DNA of 64,000 nucleotides from Patescibacteria group bacterium (GCA_018818425.1 JAHISB010000026.1:525-64524); one strand, 5' to 3'. Shown: positions 18,064-27,245, counted from the stretch's first letter. Numbers and translations: made by a program. The notes: generated from the sequence alone by a model not told the origin.

Positions 18064-18795
18064 TTATTGCTTCTTCCCAATCGCCACCACATTTACTCTT
18101 CTTTCAGGTATTTTACTTTGAGGATTCTTATTGATAAAAACTTTTTCAACCAATAATCCCGATTTTTTTATAAAGCCTTTCAATTCTCTTTTAGTAAAAG
18201 CATAAATATAACGCTGGCCTAAAATTTGGCCGTTGGGCAGTTTCCAGGGTTTGAAAAAATCTTTCCAAGAAATTTTCTGACTAAATTGATTAAAAAAATA
18301 TTTAAGATACGGCTTATGCCACAAGTGCCAGTTGGTCATTAATAAGTATCCGCCCGGTTTTAAGACCCTTCGTATTTCGCTTAACGTTTTAAGACGCAAT
18401 ACTTTTGTCGGCAAATGATGAAAAGTAGCAATACAAAAAATCAAATCAAAATAATTATCTTTATATGGCAATGTTGTCATTTCGCCGGTTTGGAATTTGG
18501 GATTTGGATATTGTTTGTTACTTGTTTCTTGTATCTTGGGGTTTTTATTTTTAGCAATTTCAATCAATTTCTCACTATTATCTAATCCATAATATTCAAC
18601 CTTGAAATCTTTAAGATACGAGAAAAAAAGCCGTCCATTGCCGCATCCCAGGTCTAGAATTTTTTGCCCTTCTTTGATATACTTGCTAAACAGCTCAAAC
18701 TCTGCCCACGGCGCATAGCGGGTTTGAGAAAAATGTTCGGCGATTTTGTTGTAGTTATTCTTGGTGTCCTTGATTATTTTTTCTGATTTATTCAT
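18064..18795 (-). CDS. class I SAM-dependent methyltransferase
   Basis: Motif I ILDLGCGNGRL, motif post-I YGLDNS, motif II IFCIATFHHL. Probable start MNKSEK at 18795 (the ORF extends to 18852). Contains a low-complexity insert KNPKIQETSNKQYPNPKFQ. Confidence 0.7.
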   Translation of the reverse strand: MNKSEKIIKDTKNNYNKIAEHFSQTRYAPWAEFELFSKYIKEGQKILDLGCGNGRLFFSYLKDFKVEYYGLDNSEKLIEIAKNKNPKIQETSNKQYPNPKFQTGEMTTLPYKDNYFDLIFCIATFHHLPTKVLRLKTLSEIRRVLKPGGYLLMTNWHLWHKPYLKYFFNQFSQKISWKDFFKPWKLPNGQILGQRYIYAFTKRELKGFIKKSGLLVEKVFINKNPQSKIPERRVNVVAIGKKQ

Positions 18796-18814
18796 ATAGT
18801 AATAATTCTCTGAA

Positions 18815-18960
18815 AGGTCTTGCCTGTCATTGCGAGGACACTGAGCGAGCATAGCGAGTCGAAGTGGACGAAGCCAATCCCATTATTGAATGAACGTTCG
18901 TAATACAAGGGGATTGCTTCACCCCTTCGGGGTTCGCAATGACGGAAAGAGGCAAGGCCT
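18815..18960. repeat. MITE-like element, family A copy 1 (TIR TGTCATTGCGAGG / CCTCGCAATGACA, outer AGGTCTTGCC/GGCAAGGCCT)
   Basis: About 146-bp element with terminal inverted repeats and an internal AATCCC/GGGATT hairpin. Near-identical copies at 24201-24344 (inverted core) and 32445-32589. Confidence 0.75.
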
Positions 18961-18980
18961 GACCGAATCTTAAAAAATTC

Positions 18981-20585
18981 ATGAAAAATCCAGCAAAGCA
19001 AATCCTTCTAGACATCCTCAAAGCTCGTCCTAAATCTTACGATGATTTTTTAAATTTAAAAAAGAAATTCTCCGGCGAGCACGGCCTGCCGCCTGTAACC
19101 AATGCTACTTTAATCAAAGCGTGGAGTCAACTTCCTGCATCCATGCGCAATAGGCAGCCGGGCTGTCGGCTGCTGGGCTGGTTAACCAAACGCAAAACCA
19201 GAACGCTCTCCGGCGTCACCCCGATTACTGTTTTAACCAAGCCCTTTGCCTGCCCGGGCCAATGCCTTTACTGCCCCGCTGAACCGGGCATGCCCAAAAG
19301 CTATTTATCCAACGAACCGGCGGCCCAGCGCGCTAAAATAAACAAGTTTGACCCGGCCAGACAGGTGACAATGAGAATTCGGGCTTTGGAAGCCAATGGA
19401 CACGTGGTTGATAAAATTGAGCTGTTGATACTTGGCGGCTGTTACAATGCTTACACAAAAAAATATCAGGAACAGTTTATAAAAAAATGTTTTGATGTTT
19501 GTAATCAAAGAACTTCAAAAAATCTTGATGATGCTTTCAAAAAAAACGAAACTGCCAAATACAGAATAATCGGCGTAACCATAGAAACCCGGCCGGATTT
19601 GATTGATGAAGAACAAGTTAAATGGTTCAGAGAGCTGGGAGTAACTAGGGTCCAGCTGGGCGTCCAGCACTTAGATGACAAAATTTTAAAACTGGTTAAG
19701 CGCGGGCACGCCACAAAGCAGACAATTGAGGCGACAAAATTTTTAAAACAGGCCGGCTTCAAGATTGACTATCACATTATGCCCGATCTACCGAGTTCAA
19801 CGCCTCAAAAAGATTTAAAGATGTTCAAACAACTTTTTTCTGATAAAAATTTTCAGCCCGATCAGCTTAAAATTTATCCGACCGTTGTTAATGAGTTCGC
19901 GCCTTTGCACCGCTGGCTGACTTCGGGAAAATACAAGCCCTATTCAGAAAAAAAACTTTGGCATTTATTATTAAAGATGAAGTTGGCTGTCCCCTGTTAC
20001 GTCCGCATCAACAGATTGATAAGGGATATTCCTAAAGAGAGTATTATGGCCGGCAACAAGATTACCAACCTGCGTGAATTTTTACAGGCCGAGCTCCGGA
20101 AAAAAAATACGAAATGCAAATGCATCAGATGCCGCGAGGCCCGCGAAAATCTTGATGATTTAAAGAAAGCCAAACTTTTTACGGAAAAATACCGAGCGTC
20201 TGATGGCTTAGAATATTTTATCAGCTACGAAAGTAAAAATCGCGATAAGCTTTATTCTTTCATCAGATTAAGAATTAATGATGATGCCGATAATTTTCTG
20301 CCCGAACTCAAAGGCGCTGCCATTGTCAGGGAACTCCATACTTATGGACAGTTGATGCCAACGAACCCGCGCAGCCGACAGCCAAGCTGTCGGCTACCGA
20401 AAACCGCGGCCCAACACACCGGCCTGGGCAAACGTTTAATGAAAACTGCCGAAGAACTGGCTAAAAAACATGGATTGGTTAAAATTGCCGTAATCGCCGG
20501 CATCGGCGTTAGGCCGTATTATAAAAAACTGGGTTATGGATTGCAGGGAACATATATGGTAAAGCCCCTCACCACTATTAAATAA
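18981..20585 (+). CDS. elp3: Elp3-family radical SAM / GNAT protein (tRNA uridine-34 acetyltransferase-like)
   Basis: Radical-SAM CxxxCxYC in FACPGQCLYCPAEPG, ELP3 blocks GVTRVQLGVQHLDD, IRDIP and RELHTYG, C-terminal GNAT (QHTGLGKRLM). Confidence 0.8.
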   Translation: MKNPAKQILLDILKARPKSYDDFLNLKKKFSGEHGLPPVTNATLIKAWSQLPASMRNRQPGCRLLGWLTKRKTRTLSGVTPITVLTKPFACPGQCLYCPAEPGMPKSYLSNEPAAQRAKINKFDPARQVTMRIRALEANGHVVDKIELLILGGCYNAYTKKYQEQFIKKCFDVCNQRTSKNLDDAFKKNETAKYRIIGVTIETRPDLIDEEQVKWFRELGVTRVQLGVQHLDDKILKLVKRGHATKQTIEATKFLKQAGFKIDYHIMPDLPSSTPQKDLKMFKQLFSDKNFQPDQLKIYPTVVNEFAPLHRWLTSGKYKPYSEKKLWHLLLKMKLAVPCYVRINRLIRDIPKESIMAGNKITNLREFLQAELRKKNTKCKCIRCREARENLDDLKKAKLFTEKYRASDGLEYFISYESKNRDKLYSFIRLRINDDADNFLPELKGAAIVRELHTYGQLMPTNPRSRQPSCRLPKTAAQHTGLGKRLMKTAEELAKKHGLVKIAVIAGIGVRPYYKKLGYGLQGTYMVKPLTTIK

Positions 20586-20645
20586 ATAAGCTCTTGATTT
20601 ATAAAGTGGTGAGGGGTAAAATATTTACACTGATCCCTAAACACT

Positions 20646-21062
20646 ATGACTATGATACTGCCACCAAATTCCATTATTGCTGCCGGCCCGGTGATTATTG
20701 AAAAAATTGACGGCCGACTTTGCACTCTCCTAAACAAACGCAAAAAAACCGTTAACAAATCTGATCCCCGGTGGCAGTTTTGCGGCGGTGAAATGGAAGA
20801 TTTTGACGCTTCGCTCGAGGAAACTGTCAAACGCGAAGTTAAAGAAGAAATGGGTATTGATATTGAAATAGAACGTTTGCTAGATGTGATAGTTCAACGG
20901 CGTGATGACGGTTCTATAGCCGTACTGGTTCATTATTTAGCCAAACGAATTGGTGAAATAAAACCCGGCGATGATATTGAAGATTGGCGTTGGTTTCCGA
21001 TTGATGATTTGCCAAAGGATGTTGCGCCCAATGTAGAGCCGGTTATTAAAAAATTGAAATAA
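20646..21062 (+). CDS. NUDIX hydrolase
   Basis: Nudix box GGEMEDFDASLEETVKREVKEEMGI (GX5EX7REUXEEXGU). Confidence 0.7.
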   Translation: MTMILPPNSIIAAGPVIIEKIDGRLCTLLNKRKKTVNKSDPRWQFCGGEMEDFDASLEETVKREVKEEMGIDIEIERLLDVIVQRRDDGSIAVLVHYLAKRIGEIKPGDDIEDWRWFPIDDLPKDVAPNVEPVIKKLK

Positions 21063-21093
21063 ACTTACTAACTTAGCAATTTATTAACTTTTT

Positions 21094-22380
21094 ATGAAAC
21101 TTTCACAAACAGACAACAAACTCGCTCAACTTTTACAAGCCGAGTTAAACCGTCAGGAACACGGCTTGGAAATGATTCCTTCGGAAAATTTTGTTTCGCC
21201 GGCCGTGCTGGAAGCCCTGGGTTCCATCGGCACCAACAAATATTCCGAGGGCTACCCGGGCCGCAGATATTACGGCGGCTGCCAGTTTGTCGATCAAATA
21301 GAAAATTTAGCCATCGCAAGGGCTAAAAAAATATTTAATGTGGACCATGCCAATGTTCAGCCCTACTCCGGCTCGCCGGCCAACCTGGCTGTTTATTTTG
21401 CTTTGCTTGATGTCGGCGATACTGTTTTAGGTGCCAACCTTTCTTTTGGCGGGCATATGACCCATGGCTTAAAAGTGAATTTTTCCGGAACTTTATATAA
21501 AGCTGTAAATTACACAGCTGATAAAAACGGCTACTTGGATTTTGACGAAATCAGGAACTTGGCCAAAGAGCATGGGCCCAAAATGATTATTGCCGGCTAC
21601 ACCGCTTACCCCCGGATTATTGACTGGCAAAAATTCAGGGAAATTGCTGATGAGGTTGGCGCTTTTTTTATGGCCGACATTGCCCATATTGCCGGCCTGA
21701 TTATTGGCGGCCAGCATCCTTCGCCGACCAGAATTGCTGACGTAACTACAACTACGACTCATAAAACTTTAAGAGGACCAAGAGGGGCTATGATTCTTTC
21801 TAATGGCACAGTCTCTAATCCAGCCAAAAAAGTGGAACGAATCAAAGAAAATATTCCGACCCTTATTGACAGGGCAATTATCCCTGGTTTGCAGGGCGGG
21901 CCTCACAATCACACGACCGCCGCCATAGCCGTTGCCCTGCACGAGGCCTCTAAACCAGAGTTTAAAGACTATGCCAAGCAAATTGTTTTAAATGCCAAAG
22001 CTCTGGCCGAATCTTTAATGAATGAAGGAATAAAACTGGTTACTGACGGAACTGACAATCATTTGATGGTTGCCGATTTAAGCAGTCTTGGAGTCAGCGG
22101 CAAAGAGGCAGAGACAGCGCTTGATGAAGTTGGCATTACCGTTAATAAAAATACGGTGCCTTTTGATAAACGAAAACCTTTTGATCCTTCAGGCATCCGG
22201 CTGGGCACGCCGGCCTTAACTTCCCGCGGCTTTAAAGAAAATGACCTGAAAATTGTCGGCCAGCTGATCGCCAAACTTCTGAAGAATATTAATGATGCTT
22301 CAATAAAAGAAGGAATCAAAAAAACAGTCAAAGAACTGACTGATAAACATCCGCTTTATCCTGATTTAAAGTATAATTAG
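21094..22380 (+). CDS. glyA: serine hydroxymethyltransferase
   Basis: SENFVSPAVLEALGS..NKYSEGYPGRRYYGG and PLP-lysine region TTTTHKTLRGPRG. Confidence 0.9.
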   Translation: MKLSQTDNKLAQLLQAELNRQEHGLEMIPSENFVSPAVLEALGSIGTNKYSEGYPGRRYYGGCQFVDQIENLAIARAKKIFNVDHANVQPYSGSPANLAVYFALLDVGDTVLGANLSFGGHMTHGLKVNFSGTLYKAVNYTADKNGYLDFDEIRNLAKEHGPKMIIAGYTAYPRIIDWQKFREIADEVGAFFMADIAHIAGLIIGGQHPSPTRIADVTTTTTHKTLRGPRGAMILSNGTVSNPAKKVERIKENIPTLIDRAIIPGLQGGPHNHTTAAIAVALHEASKPEFKDYAKQIVLNAKALAESLMNEGIKLVTDGTDNHLMVADLSSLGVSGKEAETALDEVGITVNKNTVPFDKRKPFDPSGIRLGTPALTSRGFKENDLKIVGQLIAKLLKNINDASIKEGIKKTVKELTDKHPLYPDLKYN

Positions 22381-22515
22381 AAGATACAAGAAACAACCCA
22401 TGAGTAACAAACAAACCTTAAATTACAATCCCCGATTTAATCGGGGACAAATCTCAAACGTTTGAATTTTGAAAGTTGTAATTTGTTTGTATCTTGTTGG
22501 TTGTTTTTTGTTTCT
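22381..22515. terminator. bidirectional terminator/repeat between convergent glyA and cutA (hairpin CCCCGATTTAATCGGGG inside a longer palindrome)
   Basis: Hairpin at 22422-22440 flanked by inverted AGATACAAGAAACAA / TTTGTATCTTGTT arms. A similar element is at 33541-33650 (CCTCGATTTAATCGAGG). Confidence 0.5.
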
Positions 22516-22827
22516 TTAAACAATCCTCGTCTCCTGAACCAACCAATCTTTATATTTCTTTTCCACCTGATCAACTGACAATTTGATAATACACGGCATT
22601 TCGTAGCTGTGTATTTTTTTAATGACTGATTCTATTTTTTTATAATAATTTTTTCTGGTTTTTAAAATCATAGCTGCTTCTTTATCATCAACTACTTTGT
22701 CTTTCCAGCGGTAGATTGATTCAATTGGCCACCAATTGGCGCAGGCAATCAGTTTTAACTTTAAAAGCATGGCCGCAATTTTTTTGGCTTCTGTTTTGTT
22801 TTTACAAACGGTATAGATTAATATCAT
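22516..22827 (-). CDS. cutA: divalent-cation tolerance protein CutA
   Basis: 103 aa, MILIYTVCKNKTEAKKIAAMLLKLKLIACANWWPIESIYRWKDKV, CutA1 fold signature. Confidence 0.7.
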   Translation of the reverse strand: MILIYTVCKNKTEAKKIAAMLLKLKLIACANWWPIESIYRWKDKVVDDKEAAMILKTRKNYYKKIESVIKKIHSYEMPCIIKLSVDQVEKKYKDWLVQETRIV

Positions 22828-22943
22828 AATGAATATAGAATTTCGAATTTCGAATTCTGAATTTCGATTAAATTTCGAATAATCTAATTTCGAAATTCAA
22901 TATTTAATCGAAATTAGGTCAATTCAAAATTCAGAATTATCAT

Positions 22944-23360
22944 CTATTGATTCATCAACGGCGAATAAAACTTTATCAATTGCCCTTCGGTATTAAACTC
23001 AATAAAATTCCGGGCCCGGCCTTCGCGGTAAGCTGAACATTGGTTCTCCGGCAAGTCATCAACTTCTTCCCGGGGATAATGGGCAATATCCAAAACCCAC
23101 ATGGTTTCGGAATAATCGGGGTTGCCGTGCAGATCGTTGGCTAAGCAGGGACCGGCTGATAAATCCACGCCATCGGCCACGGCCCGCTGATAAATCTCAA
23201 CCGCTTTTTGCAAAGCAATCTGATACTCCAAAGCCATATTTAAATTAGAAACATTCAGCGGCTTTTTCTCCGCTTCCTGCTGATTGGCACAACCCGCAGC
23301 CAAAACCCCAACGATAATCAATAATATAAGGATTCGTGAATATTCGCGAATTCGTGACAT
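22944..23360 (-). CDS. hypothetical lipoprotein
   Basis: Lipobox-like LAAGCANQQ after an N-terminal hydrophobic segment; no family recognised. Confidence 0.4.
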   Translation of the reverse strand: MSRIREYSRILILLIIVGVLAAGCANQQEAEKKPLNVSNLNMALEYQIALQKAVEIYQRAVADGVDLSAGPCLANDLHGNPDYSETMWVLDIAHYPREEVDDLPENQCSAYREGRARNFIEFNTEGQLIKFYSPLMNQ

Positions 23361-23402
23361 ATTAGTGAGTATATTAGTGAATTATTAGAGATATATTAGT
23401 GT

Positions 23403-24179
23403 TTAAAATAACTTGGTTTGCCAATTATTCTGCCGGCCAATAGTATTTATCTTAAGAATCTTATCAATATTAAAAAATCTGATTCCCTGCTTTAAATGAC
23501 AATAGGCCTGAATTTGTTCGTTTTTAATTAGTTTAACATCAATTCTTCTTAAGCCGCGCTCCTCGGTTTCGGTTCTTAAATAATCAATTTCAATCTGTTC
23601 GCCGTTGCGGTAAGCCATGGCCAGCCGCTCTTTAACGGTTGCGCCGTTGCCCCAGCGCACCGGGATAGTTTCCCTCCGGCCCATGTTTTCGTACCATAAG
23701 TGGCCGTGCTGGCGCCCGTATTCATAAATTTCCCGCGTGACCCTGACATCGTCTAAGCAGTACTTTTCCAGCTTGTCCCACTGGTTATTTTTATAATACC
23801 ATAAAGCGTCCAGTCCTGTCCCGGACTTGCCTTCACCCAAAGTGGTTCTGGCGATTGAATCTAACTTCAAACGATGGCCTAAAGCATGGTAAACTTCTTC
23901 TAAAATATCTAAATGGGGCAGCTTACTTAATTTAAATTTAAAATATGGCTGAAGAACTGTAAAATCAAAACTCTTGCTGTTAAAGCCGATGATTAGCGAG
24001 GCCGATTTAAGAAGCTGGCCCAGTTCCTTGAATTCCTCTTCCTTATAAGCCCTGAATTCATCTTTATCATAAGAATAAACCCCGCACAGCGAAACTTCCA
24101 GATCCTTGGCCTTATGCTGTCCGCCCACTTCTTCAAATGATTTTTTGGTCTCAAGGTCTAAGACAATTTTATCGCTCAT
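23403..24179 (-). CDS. RNase H-like fold 3'-5' exonuclease family protein (YprB / polB-exonuclease-like)
   Basis: Exo I-like VLDLETKK and Exo II-like IIGFNSKSFDFTVL motifs; remaining assignment inferred. Confidence 0.45.
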   Translation of the reverse strand: MSDKIVLDLETKKSFEEVGGQHKAKDLEVSLCGVYSYDKDEFRAYKEEEFKELGQLLKSASLIIGFNSKSFDFTVLQPYFKFKLSKLPHLDILEEVYHALGHRLKLDSIARTTLGEGKSGTGLDALWYYKNNQWDKLEKYCLDDVRVTREIYEYGRQHGHLWYENMGRRETIPVRWGNGATVKERLAMAYRNGEQIEIDYLRTETEERGLRRIDVKLIKNEQIQAYCHLKQGIRFFNIDKILKINTIGRQNNWQTKLF

Positions 24180-24200
24180 AATTTTTTATTGATTGATAGA

Positions 24201-24344
24201 AGGTCTTACCCTCCTTTGTTATTGTGAGGAGCGGAGCGACGAAGCAATCCCCTTACAAAACGAACGTTCTTGGGCAATGGGATTGCTTCGTCCACTTCGA
24301 CTCGCTATGCTCGCTCAGTGTCCTCGCAATGACAAGTAAGGCCT
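24201..24344. repeat. MITE-like element, family A copy 2
   Basis: AGGTCTTACC..TGTTATTGTGAGG ... CCTCGCAATGACAAGTAAGGCCT. The internal sequence is the reverse complement of the copy at 18815-18960. Confidence 0.7.
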
Positions 24345-24678
24345 ATTCTGAATTATTAAAATACTCCTTCGCTCTTTCCACATCTTCCTGAATTTTTTTC
24401 AACAAATCTTCTTTTTTTTCATACTTAACCAAATCTCTCATTTTATCCAAAACTTCAACTTCCAAGGTTTGGTTATACAAATCTCCGTCAAAGTCTAAAA
24501 GATAAATTTCTATATCTTGGCGAATGCCCATAATTGCCATGGCCGAATATTCTTTATTTTGATAAATAACTTTTGCCAAATAAACGCCGTCTGCTAAATC
24601 AAACCGCTGATCAACTTTCAAATTGGCGGTTTTATAGCCCAGGCCAGCTCCTTTGATGACTTTTCCCCTGATTTTCAT
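24343..24678 (-). CDS. riboflavin kinase (monofunctional RibF C-terminal-domain type)
   Basis: MKIRGKVIKGAGLGYKTANLKV...GVYLAKV...MAIMGIRQDIEIYLLDFDGDLYNQTLEVEVLDKMRD matches the flavokinase domain pattern. Confidence 0.7.
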   Translation of the reverse strand: MKIRGKVIKGAGLGYKTANLKVDQRFDLADGVYLAKVIYQNKEYSAMAIMGIRQDIEIYLLDFDGDLYNQTLEVEVLDKMRDLVKYEKKEDLLKKIQEDVERAKEYFNNSE

Positions 24679-24777
24679 AAAAAAGAAAGTCTAAATTATT
24701 AGACCCAAGATGTTGGTATTGTAACATATTTTGATAAAATAATGAATATTCCTAAAAAATTTTCCACAACCCACCTT

Positions 24778-24806
24778 TTGACAAACTTAAGTTAATTGGT
24801 TAATAT
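24778..24806 (+). promoter_or_regulatory. consensus sigma70 promoter TTGACA-17-TAATAT driving the candidate sRNA
   Basis: TTGACA at 24778-24783, 17-nt spacer, TAATAT at 24801-24806. No plus-strand protein gene lies downstream before the terminator. Confidence 0.55.
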
Positions 24807-24812
24807 AAAATA

Positions 24813-25060
24813 GCATTGCCTCACTATCTCACTGTGAGGGCAACGGCGTTCATCATCTTCAATCATCCAAGGAGGAGGAATGAAGACCATCCCATGTGTT
24901 GTGCACAGCCCTCCGGACACGAGTCCGTTTCCATGGTTGACGTTTGGATCACGACGCGCGGCGCTGCCGCACCCTTCGGACACAGCGCACTGATGTTGCG
25001 CTGATACCCACACACCGCGGATAACGGGGTCGCTAAAGGAGGCGACCCCAATTTTTATTT
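24813..25060 (+). ncRNA. candidate GC-rich small RNA (about 250 nt) with an embedded 37-aa sORF; identity unknown
   Basis: Bounded by a consensus promoter and the intrinsic terminator GGGGTCGCtaaaggagGCGACCCC + T-run (25026-25060). Strongly GC-rich relative to context. Contains a 5' hairpin GCCTCAC..GTGAGGGC, and the sORF 24880-24993 (MKTIPCVVHSPPDTSPFPWLTFGSRRAALPHPSDTAH) is preceded by AAGGAGGAGG. Confidence 0.4.
25026..25060 (+). terminator. Rho-independent terminator
   Basis: GGGGTCGC / GCGACCCC 8-bp stem, loop TAAAGGAG, then AATTTTTATTTT. Confidence 0.7.
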
Positions 25061-25071
25061 TAAAAATCTTA

Positions 25072-27111
25072 TTACACTTCCGGCAGATACTGCACCTCGC
25101 CGTCATTCAAATCTTCCAAATCAGAATCATTATGATTATCAACGAGATTGACTTCTTCCAGCAAGCTCTTTTTTATTTCCCGCAAAAACTGCGAAGGCGT
25201 ATTCAAATACATTGAGGAGTAATCGCTGGTTAGGGGATAAGAAAAAAATAACTGTTTTTGAGCTCTAGTAATAGCCACGTAGAACAGACGGCGTTCCTCT
25301 TCCAGGCCTCCTTCTTCGGCCAAGGCCCGACGGTTCGGGAAAGCTGTATCAATTAAATTGATGACAAAAACCACTTCCCATTCCAAACCCTTGGCTTGAT
25401 GAATGGTGGTAAGTATCAAACGCTCATCTTCCGCTGTATCGGGCTTGGCTCTTTCTACGGCAAACGATTCCTGCAAGGTCACTTCGGCTAAAAAAGAGTT
25501 AAGGTCTTTATAGCTTTCAGCGAACTTGGCCAGTTGTTCAAGATCCTCCAAACGCTCTTTCCAGTTTGGAAACTGTGATTCTAAATAGTTTTGATAATCT
25601 GACTTAGCAATTATTCGGATAAACTCCGACGGACCATTATCCTTAATCCTTAATCCTAAATCCTTAAAGATTCCAACCAACGCCTCCCAGCCAACCTTTG
25701 CCTTAGGAGTTAAAACATCGGAGAGGTCGGCTTCAATACATTTGATGATGCAATCCAGACCTTTGATTCGCTGAAAAATCTTTGAGCCGGTGATATCGCC
25801 AATGCCCACCTGCAAATTCAAAACCCGTAGCCACGAAACTTCTTCTTTGGGGTTGTTGATGATTTTAAGAAAAGCGATGATATCTTTGATGTGCGCCCGT
25901 TCAAAAAACCTGACTCCGCCGCGATAATCGTAAGGAATGTCGCGCTTGGTCAGTTCAAACTCCAATTCCTGCGAATGATGAGCCGCTCTGAACATTACCG
26001 CCATTTTATTCATTGCTATGCCTTCGTCCCTTAATTGCAAAATCATCTGGCTGATGAATTCTGCTTCCTGCCTGGCCGAGGTGGAAGGTACCAAATTCGG
26101 CTTGACGAATTTTTTGAGTTTAGGAATTAAAACTTTGGGATACTGCTGAATATTTTTTTTGATGACCTCGTTGGCCACGTCCAGAATTTCCGGGGTGGAA
26201 CGATAATTGGTCTGCAGTTTAAAAATCGCGGCCTCTTTGAAAATCTTGGGAAAGTTTAAAATGTTGCCGATGTCGGCGGCTCTAAACGAATAAATGCTCT
26301 GCGCATCATCGCCCACCACCAAAACATTATTATGGACCGAAGCCAGCTGATTGATGATTTCGGCCTGAAGGTAATTGGTGTCCTGATACTCATCAACCAG
26401 AATATAATGAAACTGGGCCGCTAGGCGGTCTTTGATGTTTTGATTTTCTCGCAGAAGCTTTAGCCAGTTAATCAGCAAATCATCAAAATCCATGGCATTA
26501 GCCACTTTCTTTTTATGGCGGTATCTTTCGGCGATTAACTTGATCTGCTCTTCTATTTCCAGCCACTTGGGATGTTTAAGCTCAATAACTTCTGTTAAAG
26601 ATGTTTGGGAATTTTTGCTGTAACTTATTAAATCCTTAAGCACCGCCGCCGAGGGAAAACGCCTGGCTTTGGGGTCTATGCCCTCCTCTTTAATACAAAC
26701 CTTGATTAAATCTCTGCTGTCTTCTTCATCAAGAATAGAAAAGTTTGACTGATAGCCGAGTTGCTTGGCGTATTTTCTCAGTATTCGATTACCAATGTGA
26801 TGAAAAGTGCCGCCCCAAAGTTTTTCCGGATATCTGCCTAATAGTGAAGCAACCCGAGTCAGCATTTCTTTAGCCGCCTTGTTGGTAAAGGTGACCAGCA
26901 GAATATTTTCTGGTTTGACTCCCCGTTCGATTAAATAGGCCACGCGATAAACAATGGTCCGGGTTTTGCCGCTGCCTGCTCCGGCCAAGACTAAACAAGG
27001 CCCCTCGGCTTGAGTTACGACCTTGTATTGCTCATCATTTAATTCTGATTGATAGTCTACTTTGAGCTTCTTAATATCTATTGGTTTTTTTAAAACTATG
27101 GTTTTGGTCAT
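25072..27111 (-). CDS. uvrD: ATP-dependent DNA helicase, UvrD/PcrA/Rep (SF1A) family
   Basis: Walker A AGAGSGKTRT, motif Ia FTNKAAKEM, DExx VDEYQDTN, motifs V/VI (TIHQAKGLEW, VAITRAQ). Confidence 0.85.
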   Translation of the reverse strand: MTKTIVLKKPIDIKKLKVDYQSELNDEQYKVVTQAEGPCLVLAGAGSGKTRTIVYRVAYLIERGVKPENILLVTFTNKAAKEMLTRVASLLGRYPEKLWGGTFHHIGNRILRKYAKQLGYQSNFSILDEEDSRDLIKVCIKEEGIDPKARRFPSAAVLKDLISYSKNSQTSLTEVIELKHPKWLEIEEQIKLIAERYRHKKKVANAMDFDDLLINWLKLLRENQNIKDRLAAQFHYILVDEYQDTNYLQAEIINQLASVHNNVLVVGDDAQSIYSFRAADIGNILNFPKIFKEAAIFKLQTNYRSTPEILDVANEVIKKNIQQYPKVLIPKLKKFVKPNLVPSTSARQEAEFISQMILQLRDEGIAMNKMAVMFRAAHHSQELEFELTKRDIPYDYRGGVRFFERAHIKDIIAFLKIINNPKEEVSWLRVLNLQVGIGDITGSKIFQRIKGLDCIIKCIEADLSDVLTPKAKVGWEALVGIFKDLGLRIKDNGPSEFIRIIAKSDYQNYLESQFPNWKERLEDLEQLAKFAESYKDLNSFLAEVTLQESFAVERAKPDTAEDERLILTTIHQAKGLEWEVVFVINLIDTAFPNRRALAEEGGLEEERRLFYVAITRAQKQLFFSYPLTSDYSSMYLNTPSQFLREIKKSLLEEVNLVDNHNDSDLEDLNDGEVQYLPEV

Positions 27112-27245
27112 TGGCTGAAAAATTTAGCAGATAATTCCTTAAGCTTCTGCTCAACTTCTTCGGGATTAGAAAAAGCCCGGCGAATTTTGGCCTTTTCGCG
27201 CCTAATATACTTTCTGACTGATTTTGGCAGTTTGCTTTTGGTCAT
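27108..27245 (-). CDS. small basic protein (45 aa), stop overlaps the helicase start codon (ATGA)
   Basis: MTKSKLPKSVRKYIRREKAKIRRAFSNPEEVEQKLKELSAKFFSQ. Translationally coupled geometry with the downstream helicase; below the ORF-track length cutoff. Confidence 0.3.
   Translation of the reverse strand: MTKSKLPKSVRKYIRREKAKIRRAFSNPEEVEQKLKELSAKFFSQ

Noticed and set aside
24813-25060. RNase P RNA / SRP RNA / 6S RNA identity for the GC-rich transcript
   Set aside because: Conserved blocks (GGAAAGUCCGG and ACAGAANCCGGCUUA for RNase P; GGAAG-CAGC domain IV for SRP) are absent. The length is too short for RNase P and there is no 6S-like central bubble obvious by eye.
24792-25106. 104-aa minus-strand ORF and 62-aa ORFs overlapping the GC-rich candidate sRNA
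   Set aside because: The locus is better explained as a plus-strand promoter-terminator unit. The minus ORF also overlaps the 3' end of the helicase gene and lacks a start context.
27108-27245. Assignment of the 45-aa basic ORF to a ribosomal protein family (for example S21)
   Set aside because: Lys/Arg-rich and helical, but no convincing motif match. Kept only as a low-confidence hypothetical coupled ORF.
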